Assembly: GCA_038496445.1 (NCBI GenBank)
Contig: JALMLS010000507.1
Span: forward strand, 310,001 to 374,000
From: Trichosphaerium sp. ATCC 40318
Lineage: Eukaryota > Protista > Tubulinea
Length of the DNA stretch: 64,000 nt
Reading direction: 5' to 3'
Shown: positions 1 through 15,244 of the stretch, piece by piece
Layout of the letters: each line of letters opens with the position of its first letter
Numbering within the stretch: position 1 is the first letter of the stretch
Position numbers and translations under genes: made by a program
The notes under the pieces: model-generated
Told to the model about the DNA's origin: nothing
What the model saw: the letters and a program-made list of their open reading frames with translations, nothing else
Database searches by the model: none

Positions 1-467
1 AGAAATTTATTGAGAAATGCTGCACTACTACAAGATTGGTTTTTTTTCCCAACGTGCATTGTAGAATGTAATTCGGGCGCTGAAACAGTGTTACAGCTAC
101 ACTTATTTTACTTGGTTTGCATGTGAATTCTATGGGAGTTCTATAGGAACGCATAATTAAAACGAACGTCGAGATTGTACGCAGTTCACATTAGGGTGCA
201 TATTTTATGCCCATTGAGCGTATTTGGTGCTTATGAGTTTACTTTGGCGTTGAGGTAATCAAATTCTGTTAAGGACGCTTCACTGACAAAACAATTGACA
301 AAAGACTAAAAAAACCAATTCATACGCTACGAAAAGGAATTCTTTATATTCCTTTCGTTTGTAGAGTAACTTGTAGGCGTAAATCGCGCTACGAATGTTA
401 TAGTGGCTGTATTGCCTAATAAGTTCACTGAGATTCTCTTTTATTGACTTGAGAACAATATTGTAAG

Positions 468-3400
468 ATGTTAAAGGGCAAGTTACGGTTTTTTTGGTAC
501 GATCATCTCATTTTTGCTTAGCGGTCGTATGGCCCGTGCTAATTAGCATCCTGGGCCCTTATGTAAAGGGTATCAGCGCAGATGACTTGAAATTGTCTTG
601 GTATGATGGTACGTGACTATGAAGGCGAACATACGCCTCAAAACTTCGTTCGTAGGGCAAGTACAACTCAGTAACTTGGAAATTAAAACTGATGCTCTAA
701 ATCGCTTTGGACTTCCCGTAGTTGTGAAACAAGGTAGGAATAACTGTTTTCCCACCAAAAAAAAAAGGAAATGACACACGAACTCTACTTTAGGTTTCTT
801 GGGTAACGTAACAATGACTGTACCATGGAGTACGCCTCTACAAACAGCTCCGCAGGCGCTTACTTTATTTTCAAGATGATCTTGGCAACAAATCCACAGT
901 TATTCACCTTGAAGACATCTTTGTTTTGGCTGGACCGCGTGAAGCAGGCGGCGTACGGCGTATTTTAGGTTTAAAGGACAAATCGGTTTACTTCTACTTA
1001 GTGGGACGAAGAAGCAGCAAGAAAGTCTCTTACTGAATCAAAACCAACTACAGCACAGCCAATAGCGCCCGAAAACGGTACATACAAGCCCCTCTTGTCA
1101 AGCTGACACCTGTCAGTTTCAGTAATTCTGTTTTTATTTTCAAGTTTTTTTTAATAGATTTGTCGTTGTGTTAAGATATTGTAGCTGAGGGTTTCTTTAC
1201 GAAATTATGGGAGACGGTTATAGATAACGTACAAATAACTATTAATAATGTGCATATACGTTACGAGGATAGAATATCAGACCCTGATGTATGTTAATAT
1301 GAGTTCCCCCAAAGTTTTTTTCATTAATTTATTTGTTTTTGAAAATTACAAACGTTTCTCAACATGCTAACAAACTACTCTAGCATCCTTTTTCGATTGG
1401 TTTAACTCTGGAACACTTTTCAGCGCGTTCCACAGATAAAGACTGGTTGGCCAAGTTTATATCAGAACCTCATGCGATAGTACACAAGGTAACAATAGTA
1501 GCAGTTTATTTGGGTTTTTTTTTTATAACATTTGTTTTTCTAGCTTTGTCAGCTTAAGAATCTAGCAATCTACTGTAATCCAATAGAAACAGATCCATTT
1601 GTATCAATTAAGACTATACAACAACTACAAATTAGCATGGACTCATTGGTACAATTGATTTTACCAATCCTTTTTCAGCAAACTAAAAATAAAACGTAGA
1701 TACCGAAAGAAGCCAATGGTCTAAAGACACCCGTTGAGCATCACTTTATCCTAAGTCCTGTTGTTGGTAAGCGATTATATAGTTTATAACAACGTATTAT
1801 TAATATACTTTAACAGCGAGCTTGAAGCTCACAATGAACAAGTCGTTGGAGCCAGATATGAACCAACCTAAATACACTTTTGACTTCCATTTTGACACAT
1901 TGTCGCTCACCTTTGAGGCCAATCAATACTCTAATATAGACAGGCTTATCACTTTGCTTTCAAAATTAGAGAAAGTTAAAAACGAGGTAACTTGAGTCAT
2001 GCAAAACAGTGACAAGAAAAGCTTATTTGATTTTTTTCTTTAGCGCATGAAACAATTAAAAAAGACGCTTGAGGAAGAGAAATTAAATGCAGCATTTGCT
2101 GAAGATGATGATGAAGACGACGGCACAGGAACTGCTAGCACTAGTACAAACGCTGATTCAACGTACTATGGTTATATGATGAGTTGGGTGTATACTACTG
2201 TACGGCATTTTTATTTGTTTTTTTTGGGTTATTTTTGGTTTGAGTGACACTTTGTTAGCCAAACCAAGAGTCTAGTAATAGTAATAAGAATATACAAGAT
2301 GAATCTGAAAAGGCTCGTAAGGAGTTGTATAAAATTATCAAATATGACGATGATGGAGAACCTGATAAGGTCGACATACCTAAAGATGTATGTTGGTTTT
2401 TTTATTTTCTATGAATTTAACAGTGAACTCACGGTTTTTTTGTAGTACGTTGAGAAAAAGTTTGTATTCCGTATGAACGCCGGTTCTATATCTATTGCTG
2501 ATAGAGGACTTGCTCATCGCGGTAGAGAGATGGCAAAGGCGGTATTTAAAGCTTTTCATGTTAATGTTTCTCAAAGACCAGGATCAGACTCTACACATGT
2601 TGTAGCGAACCTCGGTAGTATTGAGATTAAAGATATGTTCACTCCAAACTCGGAGTTTGAAGATCTTATTCGTCCAAGCGTTATAGAGCATTTTATAGAT
2701 AATCTTGGTAAGAGTAAAACAAAGAACAAAAGAACAAAGCAAAATATCTTATTTTATTTCTAGACACGCAAAATGAGGAACCTCAACCTGTTTTCCATGT
2801 GGAGGTAACTACGAATCCAATAGATAATAAAGCGGATTACGTTATCGTTCTACGTACAACACCACTGGATATAACACTAAATCTAGCATGGGTTCAACAA
2901 ATCAGTACGCTCGTTTCCTTCCCTAAGTTTTAATTTTAAAACTTTTTTGCGTTGAATGTGTTTGATCATCAGTACATTTATATACTTTGCTAGTATCCGT
3001 GTTTGGTTCGCATAAATCTCAAAGAGAATCACTTGCTGAGATGGACTTTGTAAAGAATGTTCTTGATGACACAATGGATACATGGCAAAATGTTGATGTG
3101 AAGAAAATTCATACATGGGATATTTCCATCGATATCGCCGCACCAAATATATTGATTCCAAGGGATATCACAGATCCACATTCCGTTATTCTTGTTGCCG
3201 ATTTGGGTAACCTTAAGATAACGAGTGATGCTCATATGGCTGTACTGCCAATCTTGAGTCATCTTAGTCAAGATTCTTTCAGTATTGAATTACAAGACAT
3301 GCAACTGTTGCTACTAGAAAACAAAGATGAAACACGTGTTATTGTTGATAGTGTAGAGCAACCTTTAAATAGCTCAACAAAGTATCAAAAAGGGCTTGGA

Positions 3401-6400
3401 GAGGTACGATTCAAAAGAACGATTCGATTCGAACTTTGAACTTAAACCATTTTTTTTTCTTTTAGATTATTCCTCTTGTGGAACCTTTTAATATTAGTGC
3501 TGCTATGGAATTATCATCAAAGATCAAGTAAGTTGGGTTTATGTATTGATTAAACTGATTATACTACTTCAGGATTGTTGCTGTGATGCCTAAACTTACA
3601 GTGAAAGTTTCAAATGAAAAATGTAGAATTCTGATTGGTATTGTTAATGCACTTGTTGAACAAGTATCACAATTGGTATGGCTTTCTTTATTATAGTAAT
3701 GTGTAATACTAACATAAGTACGTATAGAAGCAACTAAATGAGGACAAAGACGAACTAGTTCCATTTGAAAAAGAGCTAGCTGGTGCTCCTAACAAACGCC
3801 CAAAGCTGAACATTGAGTGCAGTATTTCTGTACCTACTGTTAAGGTTGTTCTACAGGTGCGCTAACTATTGTGTTAATACTGATTTAAACCAACACTTAC
3901 GCTATATTCAAACATAGGAGTTGCTTAAGTGCCCTGATATCGAGCTTAACATCAAAGGTTTCCGTGGTACATTCCGTGCTCAAAACAAAAACTTTCAAGT
4001 CAGTCTTGGCTTAACCAAGCTTCAGTTGTTTGAAGTGTACGTTATACGCCCTATAATCACTGTTGTTAATCTAAACTAACGTTTTGTACAGCCTAGGAAC
4101 AAGCCGAAAGCCTTTTGTTACGTCTTCTTCATCAACGAAGGATTTGATTCAAGCAGTGTACCTTTATGTTGATAAAGACTCTGAAAAGTACAAGAACTTG
4201 GATTCTTCATTTAAAGTTCTTTTCACTGGGTTACAAGCATTGATAAAACGTGAAACTGTTATGGCTTTAATTGATTTTACAAGCTTCTTGAATGACATAA
4301 AGTACGCCACCAAGATGAAGACAACACATCTTCTTGCTATTCCTAAATTGACTCGTTGTAGGTTTGGTGAGAAACAGAGTGAACTGCAAACATCCATGGA
4401 GCTAAAGGACGCTGGAAGAGCTCAAGAGAGACAGTACTTCAAGGTACGGCGGGTTTTTGTGGTTTTTCGTGTATGTTTTTTGACGTTTTGTTATTAGTTG
4501 ACATTGAGCTTTCAAGATGTAACTGTTGAACTTCATGATGAAGAAAAACCTTTGACTCAATTTGGTGTTAAAGGAGTTAATATTCAAGTTATCAACTTGC
4601 GTAATAAGACGTTGCTTAATGTACACCTTTGCTTTTGAAGAAGAAACTATATTCATATCTTTTTTTAGGGTACGCTGGGAAGCTTTTGGCTCCTTGATCT
4701 TCGAGAGGATACCCAATACAGCCGTATAGTTGATATAAAAGGAGACCAAATGATTGATGTTTCTTATGAACATATTTCAAAGAAAGAAACTGTTGGCGTT
4801 CATTATGATCACTTATTGAGGATTAATATGAGTTCTGTTATATTTGTATTTGTGTCTGACTTTATCAATGCTGTCACATCTTATTTATCAACGTTCTCTG
4901 AGATTTTATCCACAACTGCAGAGAGCATATCTAACAAAGCTGCACAAAGTATTGAAGAGATATCTCAGATTAAGTCATGTACGTTAAAACTTTTTTTTCG
5001 ACTTGACAATTTCATAAACTAAACTCCTTTGGCTTAGTGTTCAAGTTTGAGATTATGGTTGGAGCACCACAGATTCTATTACCTAGGAACTCTAAATCTA
5101 AAGAGATGTTAAGAGCTACCTTGGGTCGTATCGCTATTCTTAATCAGTTCAAGCAGGTACTCTAAGCCTTAGTTTTTGTTGTTTGTTGTAATATTTACTA
5201 ACAAGTTCATTAGAATCGTGGTCAGTTTAAAGAAGATTTTAGTGTATCTATTTCTTCTATGAACCTACAATCAAGCTCTTTGCTTAACGGTCTTCATCCT
5301 GAGCAACCTATAATTAAAAATATTGATATATTCGTTAATATCGAAAAATGGATAAACGATGAAGCACATGAGTATCCTGAGACAAAAGTAAGTCGAGATA
5401 AACCTATGATATGAATCAAAATTTAATTTTTTTTTCAAGGTTTCAGGAAATATCTCAGAGATTGCTATTACCCTTACTGAGCTTCAATATAACTTACTCA
5501 TTGAAATACTCAAAGATATAATATCTTTATCCAAGTCATCAAACAGACGTATGTATATCAGTGAATCTTTTGCGAACTGTTAAAACACGTGTGGATCTAA
5601 CTCTACTCGTAGAACCTCAAATAATTATTGAGCCACTTCATGATTCTGAAGAGCCTGCTGAACCAGTAGCAGCTGAAGCTCCTTATATCACAACTAAGAT
5701 GTCATGGCAACTTAATAGTATTTCCCTAACGTTACAGCAATGCACAGAGATTGGCGATAAGCTGTGAGTTATTACCAAAAAATACTTTGTTGCTTACTTT
5801 TTTCTTAGAAAAATATCAAGCATGATGTTGTTCAATGTACAAGATCTTAGCCTTATATTTGTTTCGTGCTCTGATAACTCATCGTATCTTGACTTTGATT
5901 TGGAATCTATAATCTTAGAGGATAAAAGAAAGGCTGGAAATAAATTCAAGGTAACACTTTCGTCTAAGCTAACAAAGTTCGCTCATAAATAAATTTTTTA
6001 TAGCAACTTTTCGGTCCCGCAAACGAACCAGAAAAAGGCCAAAAACAGCTTCATCTGCACTACTATGGAGCACCTGAAGGTGATACCACAGTGAGTGTTC
6101 AAATTCATAGACCACGAGCCCGTATTATACCTGAAGCTTTGTACACTATCATCGTACGTCCTTTGATTTACATGTTTTACTTTTATTAATGAAGTTGCTT
6201 TGTAGCATTTCCTCATGCCTGGTATATCTAAATTATCTGCCTTGTCTTCAAAAGATCAGTCTGTTAAGAGACAAGTTAAGAAGAGTTCAAACAAATTACT
6301 TCTTGGATTTGATGTACAAGATCCAGAGATAATTCTGGTTAAAGACAGAAAAAAGAAGGATTCAAAAGCTTTTGTTATTGAAGCACCATTCAAAGTTAAA

Positions 6401-9400
6401 TATGAGTCATCACCAGAGAGTAAACTCAGTTTCTTTGTAAAGAAATTACGGGCATATACTTGCGTTATAAACAACAAGGTAAGTCAGACGAAAGCTTGCT
6501 CAGGTTTAATCTAAAACGCAAATATTTACGTTTTTTATAGGATGCTACCGCTGCTCACATTGTTGATCCGTTCGATTTTAATATAAGCTGTAAATTCAGT
6601 CCTCAAGTTGAGTGGTTATTTGATCTAAAACCTCTATCACTTAAGCTGTCATATCAAGTACGTTGGAAATACGTGAAAAGAGAAATTTTTATTTATTGCA
6701 AAAAAGTGTTAATGATTTGTATTAATTCTACTTCTAGGATTTCTTACTTGCTATGGCTATAATCAATAGTTTTACTGAGAATCCAAACGCAGACAATAAA
6801 GTAGTTGAAGAAGATCACAAGCAAGTTCAACGGAAGAAACCAAATTCGATGACTAAAGTACAAAAAAACAAAATCTATTATTACTTCTTTGCTTAACATG
6901 ACTTTTAGTACGATATTTGTACACATGCTCTAGATGTAGTATTAATAGGTATGTAGTATTAACACTTATACTTGAGCTTCTAATATGTTTTGTAGATGAC
7001 AGTCAAGGCCAGAACTTTCCTTTATTTGCACTTGGATTAGTAAATCTTGTCGCAAGCGTTTCTTCACTAGAGCAGGTATGTCTTTCTCTTATATTATACG
7101 TTAGTAACCTGGAAAATAGGGCACTGCTTGCTCTTTTGATTTCTTGGCTACTATTTCATACAACAACCAAGAACTCGCAAAGTGGGAGCCTTTCATAGAA
7201 CCATGGGCTTGCAAAGTTGCTGTACTACCTTAACCTTTTTAACTTTCTCGGAACCTTGACTTATTGTTTGAATAGATATCAAAGGCACCTGCATTAAAGC
7301 TCGCTGTTAAAGCGAACAAGAAGCTTAATTGTAATATAAGCAGACCTTTATTCGCAACAACAATGCGTGCAGTTGATCTCTGGTATGTTTATTTTTTATT
7401 GTACTTACTCGTTTCCTACAATACTGATTGTTTGTCTCAAGGCAAACTTATGCTGCTACAACAATGAGTTCTCCTGCTGTACCAAGACCAGCTTTACATC
7501 CATTTTACCTATCTAACAACACTGGTAAAGAGTTCACATATCAAATAGAGAACGAGGTTCGTTGGACATTCTCTTCTTTTGTTTGTTTTAGCACTTACAA
7601 GTTTGTGAAAAGCGTCGTGAGCAAAGAGTACCAGACGGAGCTACAGTTCCTCTCCGCATAAGCCTTGGTTCTTCTACACTGACTCCAAACGTTAGAGGAG
7701 AGATCACACAATCCAAGGTAAGCGCTTAGTTGTTTATGTTGCCAAAGCTCACTTTTTGGATTTTATCTAGACGCTTGCACTAAAGATTGAGCCGTTTGAT
7801 GTTCTCAAAGGTTTACCAACTACAAAAGCAGCCGTTTATTCGGTGAGCTTGAACACAGCTATCCCTGGCCAAGATCTTCGTATCATCTACGAAGTAGCTT
7901 ATAAAGGCGGAAGCAATATTATCAAAGTCAGTAGTTCTGTTATCGTGAAGAATAGCTGTACCGAGCAAATCAGTTTAACTGTGCGCACCGCTTTGCACAT
8001 GCAGTTCTCACTCTAATATTCGATTTTAGATATCAGCTTCAAGTGAGCGAGATGCAATATATGATATCCTACCAGAACAGTCAATGCCAGTACCACTAGA
8101 CTGGTTTAGGTAAACTTGCCAACAAAGTAATGGGTTTTTTTCTGACAATTGTTTAGGTGTCGTAACCCAAGGCTCTCAATTGGCAATGCATCATGGCTAA
8201 TTAAGGAATTAGAGCCCAATACAATTAGCCATGATACACCATATGCTTACTCTATTGAGTCACCGTCCAAGGATCTCTTGGTTCTTAATGTCCTGCCGCC
8301 ATTGCTTTTGGAGAATTTACTACCATTTCCTGTTGAGCTTGAGCTTGTTTACGGTAACAATGGCCATGGTGGGTTATATTGTACCGTTTATTACTAATCA
8401 CTACTCTTCAGGTGAGGCATTCCTTCAGAGAGAGATGCAAAAAGACGAAGCAGTCACAGTGCATAAAGTAGATCTTGATTGCGAATTGCAAGTTAGAGTA
8501 AAAGTGCCAGGTATGCAAGAGATGTTTAGGTTATTTGTTACTAACAAATTCCAGGTTATGAGGGTTGGTCTACACGAGCAAGTATTAACCCTAAGCACAA
8601 GCATGAAAAAGAACTATTTGTAGTGGATGATAAGGGTAGAAAGCTTTGCCTCAACATTGATTACACATACATGTACTATTGTTCTTTTTTTTGAACGAAA
8701 AAAAGCTAATGCTTGTTGTAGGAATTTAGTCACCTTGAAAGTCTCAGTTTACTGTAAATACATAATGATTAATCGTACTGGTATCCGAATTCTCTATAGA
8801 AATGTACCTGAAGACTGGAAAGAAGAACCTACACTCGGTGCACGTCAAAGTACGTCCGTTTTTTTATGTTTCAGAAACTTAGAAAACAAGCGCTTTGAAG
8901 AATGCTAACATGTTGTTTACTAGCGCTCATGGAAACACTCTATTATGACATGAGTAAACCTCAAAGATACTGGCGTGACCAACAGACCAAGGAAGCCATT
9001 GAAGAGATGGCTAAACCACTCATGTTCTCAGCTCATGCTTCGAATACTTACGGCAGTGCTTATGTTAGTATTCAATTTGCACATTCAAAATGGTCAAAGA
9101 GAATTTGCTTAGGTACGTCTTCAACCACTTACATTTTGGTTTTTATAGAAGCTCTTTTTGAGCTCTGAGGTTTGTTTGTTGTGGTATTAATAGCCTTGCT
9201 TCCCTAGATAATGTTGGGTGGGTTGGTTCTTTGAGAGTATCTAATCCTACTGGAACAGATGATGCTCATCAGAATTATAATATTGCTGCGTCTATCTCAA
9301 GCCAAGGTGTTGGAACAAAAGTGATTACATTCAGACCTAGATATATCATGATTAATAAAATGGCTGATAGAAATATTTATTACAAGCAAGCTGGTTCTGA

Positions 9401-12400
9401 AGACTTCGTACGAACTTAATTTTGAATACTTTCTTTTCGGAACATCCATCTTTTTTTCTAGCTTTTCTTGCTAAAGTTAGCATCCCTCACTCTTCTTTGT
9501 TTAGCAAGTTCTACGTCCACGTGAGAAGATGCCTTTCCATTGGCCTGATGTACGACAAAGAAGACCAAAGCTTTGTGTTACAGTTGATAACAGCTACCCA
9601 TGGTGAGTTTGAAGTTTCTTTACTATTAGTCTTTTATTGTTTAACTTTAAAATAAGGTCTGGTAGCTTCTCAATTGAGAGAGCAACAGATTTCTCTCTTA
9701 GTGTTAGAGATGGAGAGAATTCTCTTATTACAATCATTCGCATAGAAATTACTCTTGAAGGTGCTACGTCATTGGTTGTATTCAAGCAAGAGTCATCTCA
9801 ATTTCCACCTTACAAGATTGAGAACTTCACAAACGAAACATTGGAGATTTATCAATCCGTACGTCTATAGTTTTATGGCTTCATATGCTCACTATTATGG
9901 TATTAAATAGGGAAGAAGACTCTCTTATAGTGCTATAAACCCTCGTGGTACAATACCATTCGCTTGGGAAGAGCCTAGCGCTGCACATACGATAATGCTT
10001 GAAATCAAAAAGTTTCAGTTTAAGAGACCTTTCAATTTTGATAAGATATTCTCTTACAAACCTATACACCTCAAAGATGGAGACGTACGTTTAAAGATTT
10101 CTTTAAAGAACCAGTATCCTTGTTCAACAAAACCAACACAAGATAGCAGCGTCAAAGAACATACATCTTAGTACTTACTTTGTTTTGTTTAGAGAACCTT
10201 AACTATTGTCGTTAAAGTCGCTTGGGATGGACCTACACGTGTATTCCGCGTTTATGATATTTCAGTGTACGTTAGAATGCTTATAGATTGTGAGGGAAGC
10301 CCATTGCTAATGTAATGTGACTAGTCATCCGAGTGCTATGCTAAAGTATAAAAAATATCAAGAAAATGTTGAAGATACTAAGATGTTCGAGTTTTCTGTT
10401 GATATTGCTGGTATTGGCCTCTCTATCATTGACTCAACACCAAAGGTACTTGTTAATATACTCTTTATGATATAATTAACACTGAATACCAAGGAACTAC
10501 TGTATGCTACGTTTAGTGGAATCATGTTGGAATATGTAAATAGTCGTAAAAGTCAACAGATCCGAACCACTATTGAGAGAGTACAGATAGATAATCAACT
10601 TTACGGATGCTACCATCCAGTGCTATTAGCTAGCAAGCCTTCAAGCAAACCTTTCTTAACACTAGAAGTAACAAAATCTTCACAGTACAGCAACATCGAC
10701 TTCTTTCATAACTTGAGGTATGCCGCTTTATAATAATTTTTTTTCTAATTTTCTTCAAAGCGTTGAGTTGGAGCGTATAAGCTTATGTGTTGATGAACTA
10801 CTCTTATATGAGATTATACCATTCATTACTGATATTAAGAGCCTTTTCGATCCTTATCTACAACGTACAGACCGTATGGACGAAGAATTCACTTCAACTA
10901 AATCTGAACGCAAAATTTATATCAAGAGGCTTTTCTTCAGTGATTTCGAAGCTACAGTGCGTCTATCATTAAATACATCTACTTATGTTTGAATAGGTAA
11001 GTTTCGCTGCTGTAGCTAACGCCATGAGACGATCAGGTCGCATGAATCACGCTCTTTTATCGCCGCTTTACAGTTATTTGCCAAAAGCCATTGGTTTCAG
11101 TTTGAAAAATATCGATTCTGCTTCTCTTCTGTTTAATGCACTTCTGATGAACCACTTTGAACCAAGGTAACGTTAATCCATATCTATACGGTTTATTTCT
11201 TATGTTTTACATAGCGCAGAGCATGTGAATAGAATAAAGGCTAACTACGCTCGTCAACTTATGCGTCAAGTAAGCTAATCTGTTTTTTTCTTCGAAAAAA
11301 CAGCAGCCACAGGGCGGATTCCTAACTTTCTTATTTGTAGATGTATAAAGTTCTTGGTGCTATTGATATCATTGGTAGTCCTATATCTCTCGTTACAAAC
11401 CTATCAACTGGTATATACGACTTTTTCTATGAACCAGTACGTTGTTCTGTTTGGATAGTTTTTTTTCTCACTTTTTTCTTAAAGTGGCAAGTTCTCACTA
11501 TGGTTTTCGCATCTGGTGATGTTACAGACCTCTTATATCTACAAGAGAGTATTGCACGCGGTACTAATAGGTTATTCCAAAAATCAGTATACGCATTCAC
11601 AAAGTCTGCAACGAACATCTCAGGAAGTTTTGCAAAATGTACGTTAATGTTTCAACCTCGCCCTAACTAACAAACTTTTAGTCATAGCAATGTTGAGTAT
11701 GGACCCAGATTTTGTTAAGAGTAGGGAACGAAGAGAAGAAGCTTTATACGTTCTAGATGGTGTAAAGATGGGTGTTTCTAGATTCGCCTCGTCAACGTGG
11801 AGTGGAACCTCAGGACTTTTTGTACGTTATTGTTTATAAAACTATCGGACCACGAAGAGCTTACCCATTTTCTCCAAGATGCGACCTTATTTCCACTACC
11901 AGAATGGTGGTTTCGGACCAGCTATGATCCGTGGTGTTCCTCAAGGCGTTACAGGATTAATATTTAAACCAATAGTCGGATTCATCGATATGATCACGTT
12001 CACATTTACAGGTATTGTTTACCTTTTTTCTCAAAAAAATGTTTCAACTAAGTTGACCGCCTTGTAGGTATTAGAAATGGTGTAGTATCAGGTGATTGGA
12101 GACCTCTTCGTGAGAGACCACCAAGATTCTTCCCTAGAGACGGAAGTGTTGTTCCTTATACACCACGGTGTGCATTAGGAAATTTTATACTAAAGACTAT
12201 TGGTACGCCTTTCTTTTGTTTTTTGCAGCAATTCAACTAATCGTTTTTTCTTTGTTTAGAAGATGGAAAGTACACGCATCATGGTTACCTTTACCATACT
12301 GAACATGCTAAACATATGTATATCGTCACTCATCTAGCATTGTTCTGTATTGATAATACAACTGTTGTGTGGTTTGTAGAGTTTGCTGGTACGTAAACTT

Positions 12401-12786
12401 TTTTTCTTGTTTTTATTTTCTTTTAGCAAATCTTGCAACAAAAAAACTTTGAACACCTTTTATTTAGTTACCAGAAACTTAGTTCTGGTCTTCTATACTT
12501 GAAATATACTGCCTGTTTTTACATGATTTATACATGATTATATATATTTTACTACTTTGATATTCTCATGAGCAGCTGTTCTTATTTTTTTCTTTCTTTA
12601 GATGTAACTAGCCTTGAAAAAGATGGACGTAATTTGATCATTCATGTTGATAATACAACCAATAATATGTTACCTATATTTGAGAATGTAAGGATGCGTA
12701 CTGTATTCTTAGGATCTATAGATGAAGTAGAAGAGATGTATATGTTACTACATAACACTATAAAAGACGAACAAATGAGAAAATAA
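468..12786 (+). CDS. VPS13: VPS13-family bulk lipid transfer protein, many short introns
   Basis: Spliced N-terminus MLKAVVWPVLISILGPYVKGISADDLKLSWYDGQVQLSNLEIK...LPVVVKQGFLGNVTMTVPW and IDNVQITINNVHIRYED match the chorein-N domain. Also seen: VAB/SHR-BD motifs (TKVITFRPRYIMINK, PPYKIENFT), QIDNQL, the ATG2_C-like segment YKVLGAIDIIGSPISLV..GIYDFFYEP..GVTGLIFKPIVG, and a C-terminal PH-like region. The first intron (478-521) is GC-AG. Confidence 0.93.
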
Positions 12787-13546
12787 AAATATTCCAAAAA
12801 AATAATAATAAAAAGAAGAATTTGTACAAAAAATGTTTAGGTTCTTGCTCCGAGCAAAGCAAAGGCCATTTACTCTCTAGCATTCGCTGTCTCCTACTCA
12901 AACACCACAGGTTTTGCCATTTCGGTTCTTACCACATAATGTAAATTGTACAAAACGAGGCCGAAAAACTGATGAAGTCGTCTACCACTAGGCTGAAGAA
13001 ACTGAAGTCACTAGACTCCACTCTGCCAGAGAATAATAGCTAGATCGCATTAGCTGCTCTTAACGACAGTCCCTAAGCGCTTTCATTTTGGTAGCTTTCG
13101 GTAAAATTGGAAAACCCAAAAAAACACAAGGCTACCTTTCGATAGACGTGACTCATTACCATACATGTGCTTTAGTGCTTTTGTTAGTCTATTCGTAGCT
13201 CGCTTTATTTTCTATGTCGGCAAACAGTGCCGAAAACGCAAGAATTTCGTAGCTGCTGTTTCTTTCAACGGAACAACCTTCCCACTACCAAAATACTACC
13301 AAATTAGTACACTACCAATTTTTGTACAAAAAAACCTAATCTCGCGGTTTGAGATGAGTCCAGACATTTACTTCGTATGGCTCTCAAAATCTTGTAAGTA
13401 CCGCGATAATTAAACTGTACTTTCCGAAAATAGAAAAGCAAATATTGTGATTTGTAGCGTAGGTCGCAACTCAAAGATGACGACATTTACCTCAGGTACA
13501 ACCTTAGTTCAATACTACACTACGACGAGCTATCAAAGCGTATTAA

Positions 13547-15020
13547 ATGGTCAGAATAAACGTTTTTCGTAACTAGTTACGAGCTTTGTTTTAATTCTAC
13601 CATGGAGCATTACTACGCGTCTTAGACGTCTAAATACTCTTTTAAACCAAAGTTTGAAGTATTCTAGCTAACAAGACGTAGTCGCATGCTTGCTTCTATG
13701 CGTATGTGTTGCAAACGCTGTTGTAGAGCAGTATACACCGGAACCAGCTGATTGGTCTACATTTGCCTCAAAATGGCCTGCCGCCAACCAAGTATCACAG
13801 GATCCTGATGGCGTACTCTGGATTTCTCAGACAGCATGGAAAGAAGCAGAATGGGACGGGACAGTATACAATCCTTCCAAAATGACCAAAGACGCCTTTT
13901 TTAATGCTATTTGCCCTCAAGTAGATCGTATTAGAGGTATACGTAAAGTATTCTATGACGTTCAACCTTTTGCAAACAACTCGGATCCTACAAAGGCAGA
14001 AGTTGATGAATGGCATCGTATTGCATTGAACCATCTTAGATCACTCATTGGTACGAAATAAGACATATTTTACACTCGGTTTTTTGTAGTACGTAGAAAT
14101 GTGAAATGTGTCACATTTGTCATTTTTGACGACTTTGTTGATAACGTCCTTGGAATTCTATCTTTCACTTGTTTTCTTTTTTGTGCTTGACTAGTACATC
14201 ATACATGCTTTATAAATCCAAAGCTGTTAACTACTACGTCATGAAGCTCCGACAAGAACAAAATTCTGACGTTTTGTGTCTTTTTGCTGACATTTTTTTA
14301 ACAGGTTATACAAGCGAAGATAGACAAGCTAAGAAGGATCATTGTATGTTCGCTCGTGCTCAATGGGGTTCTGAGCGTAAACTTTCTACAAAGTGGGACG
14401 CAAAATACCCAGCTACAGATTCCACCCCTGCAGTTTGGGGTCCTTGCCAAGAAAGCACAAATTCTCACTGTGGTGCTACATTCGTACCTGACGCAGAAGA
14501 TCAAAAGCCATACTTACCTGAGGGTCATCCTCCTTGTAGTACAGCTCAAGGTTCTGAAGGTATTTTCTCAGGTCCAAAGTCTGGTATTCCATGGTCACTT
14601 AAATGGTCACGTGGTATTTGTAATACACTAGCTGCTGAAGGATTCTGGGGCGGACATGTAGGTCCTTTCTTTCATAGAGAAAAATTCGGATTCAGCTTCT
14701 GGGATAAGGATCCATCTGGCTCTGGTCAGAGCGTTGCTGAGTTGAGAGCTAAATGGACAGGTAACTTAATGCCTAACCTTTACTGTGATCCATCAAAAGA
14801 CGGATGTAACCCAACTGATATACCGCCTATGACTCCAACAACTGCATCACCAACAGGCCCTCCAACAACGTCAGCACCTGTACCACCAACAACTGCATCA
14901 CCAACAAGACCACCAACAACTGCATCTCCAACAGAAGCAGGAAATGTTAATTCTTCGAGCGGTAGCCTTGTTATCACTCTTGCTTCAATGATACTTCTTG
15001 TTCTATATTCGTTGTTTTAA
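13547..15020 (+). CDS. Secreted, probably GPI-anchored Cys/Trp-rich protein with a Pro/Thr stalk (3 exons)
   Basis: Splicing gives signal peptide MVRINVFHVVACLLLCVCVANA, a globular domain (LNHLRSLIG...EGFWGGHVGPFF, loosely CAP/SCP-like), PTTASPT repeats and a hydrophobic C-terminus (SSSGSLVITLASMILLVLYSLF). Confidence 0.75.
14829..14935 (+). repeat. Imperfect coding tandem repeat (PTTASPT / CCAACAACTGCATCACCAACA)
   Basis: About four imperfect copies visible in DNA and protein; mucin-like linker. Confidence 0.8.
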
Positions 15021-15113
15021 CAACTTTACAATAATAATAAAAAAAGACTTTATGAGCCAAAGAGTTAATTGAGAGTACATGTAAACTTCTTTGACATCCT
15101 TCCTGAACATGCT

Positions 15114-15178
15114 ATCAACTTCAGCAGGTACTTCACAGAAACCAAGTAAATCACAACTATCCACGTGGATATGATGTG
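15114..15178 (-). repeat. 65-nt inverted copy of TIMP exon-3 sequence 15704-15768
   Basis: The reverse complement of 15114-15178 equals 15704-15768 except for one mismatch. Confidence 0.95.
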
Positions 15179-15244
15179 GAAGGTGACGTCTAAAGCTCGC
15201 TTAATAAGTTAAGTTAGCTGGTTTTATTCTATTCACCTCCAACA

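Noticed and set aside
12915-13015. Hammerhead-like CTGATGA followed by a 4-bp stem
   Set aside because: The stem is followed by GAAG rather than GAAA, and stems I and III cannot be formed next to the core.
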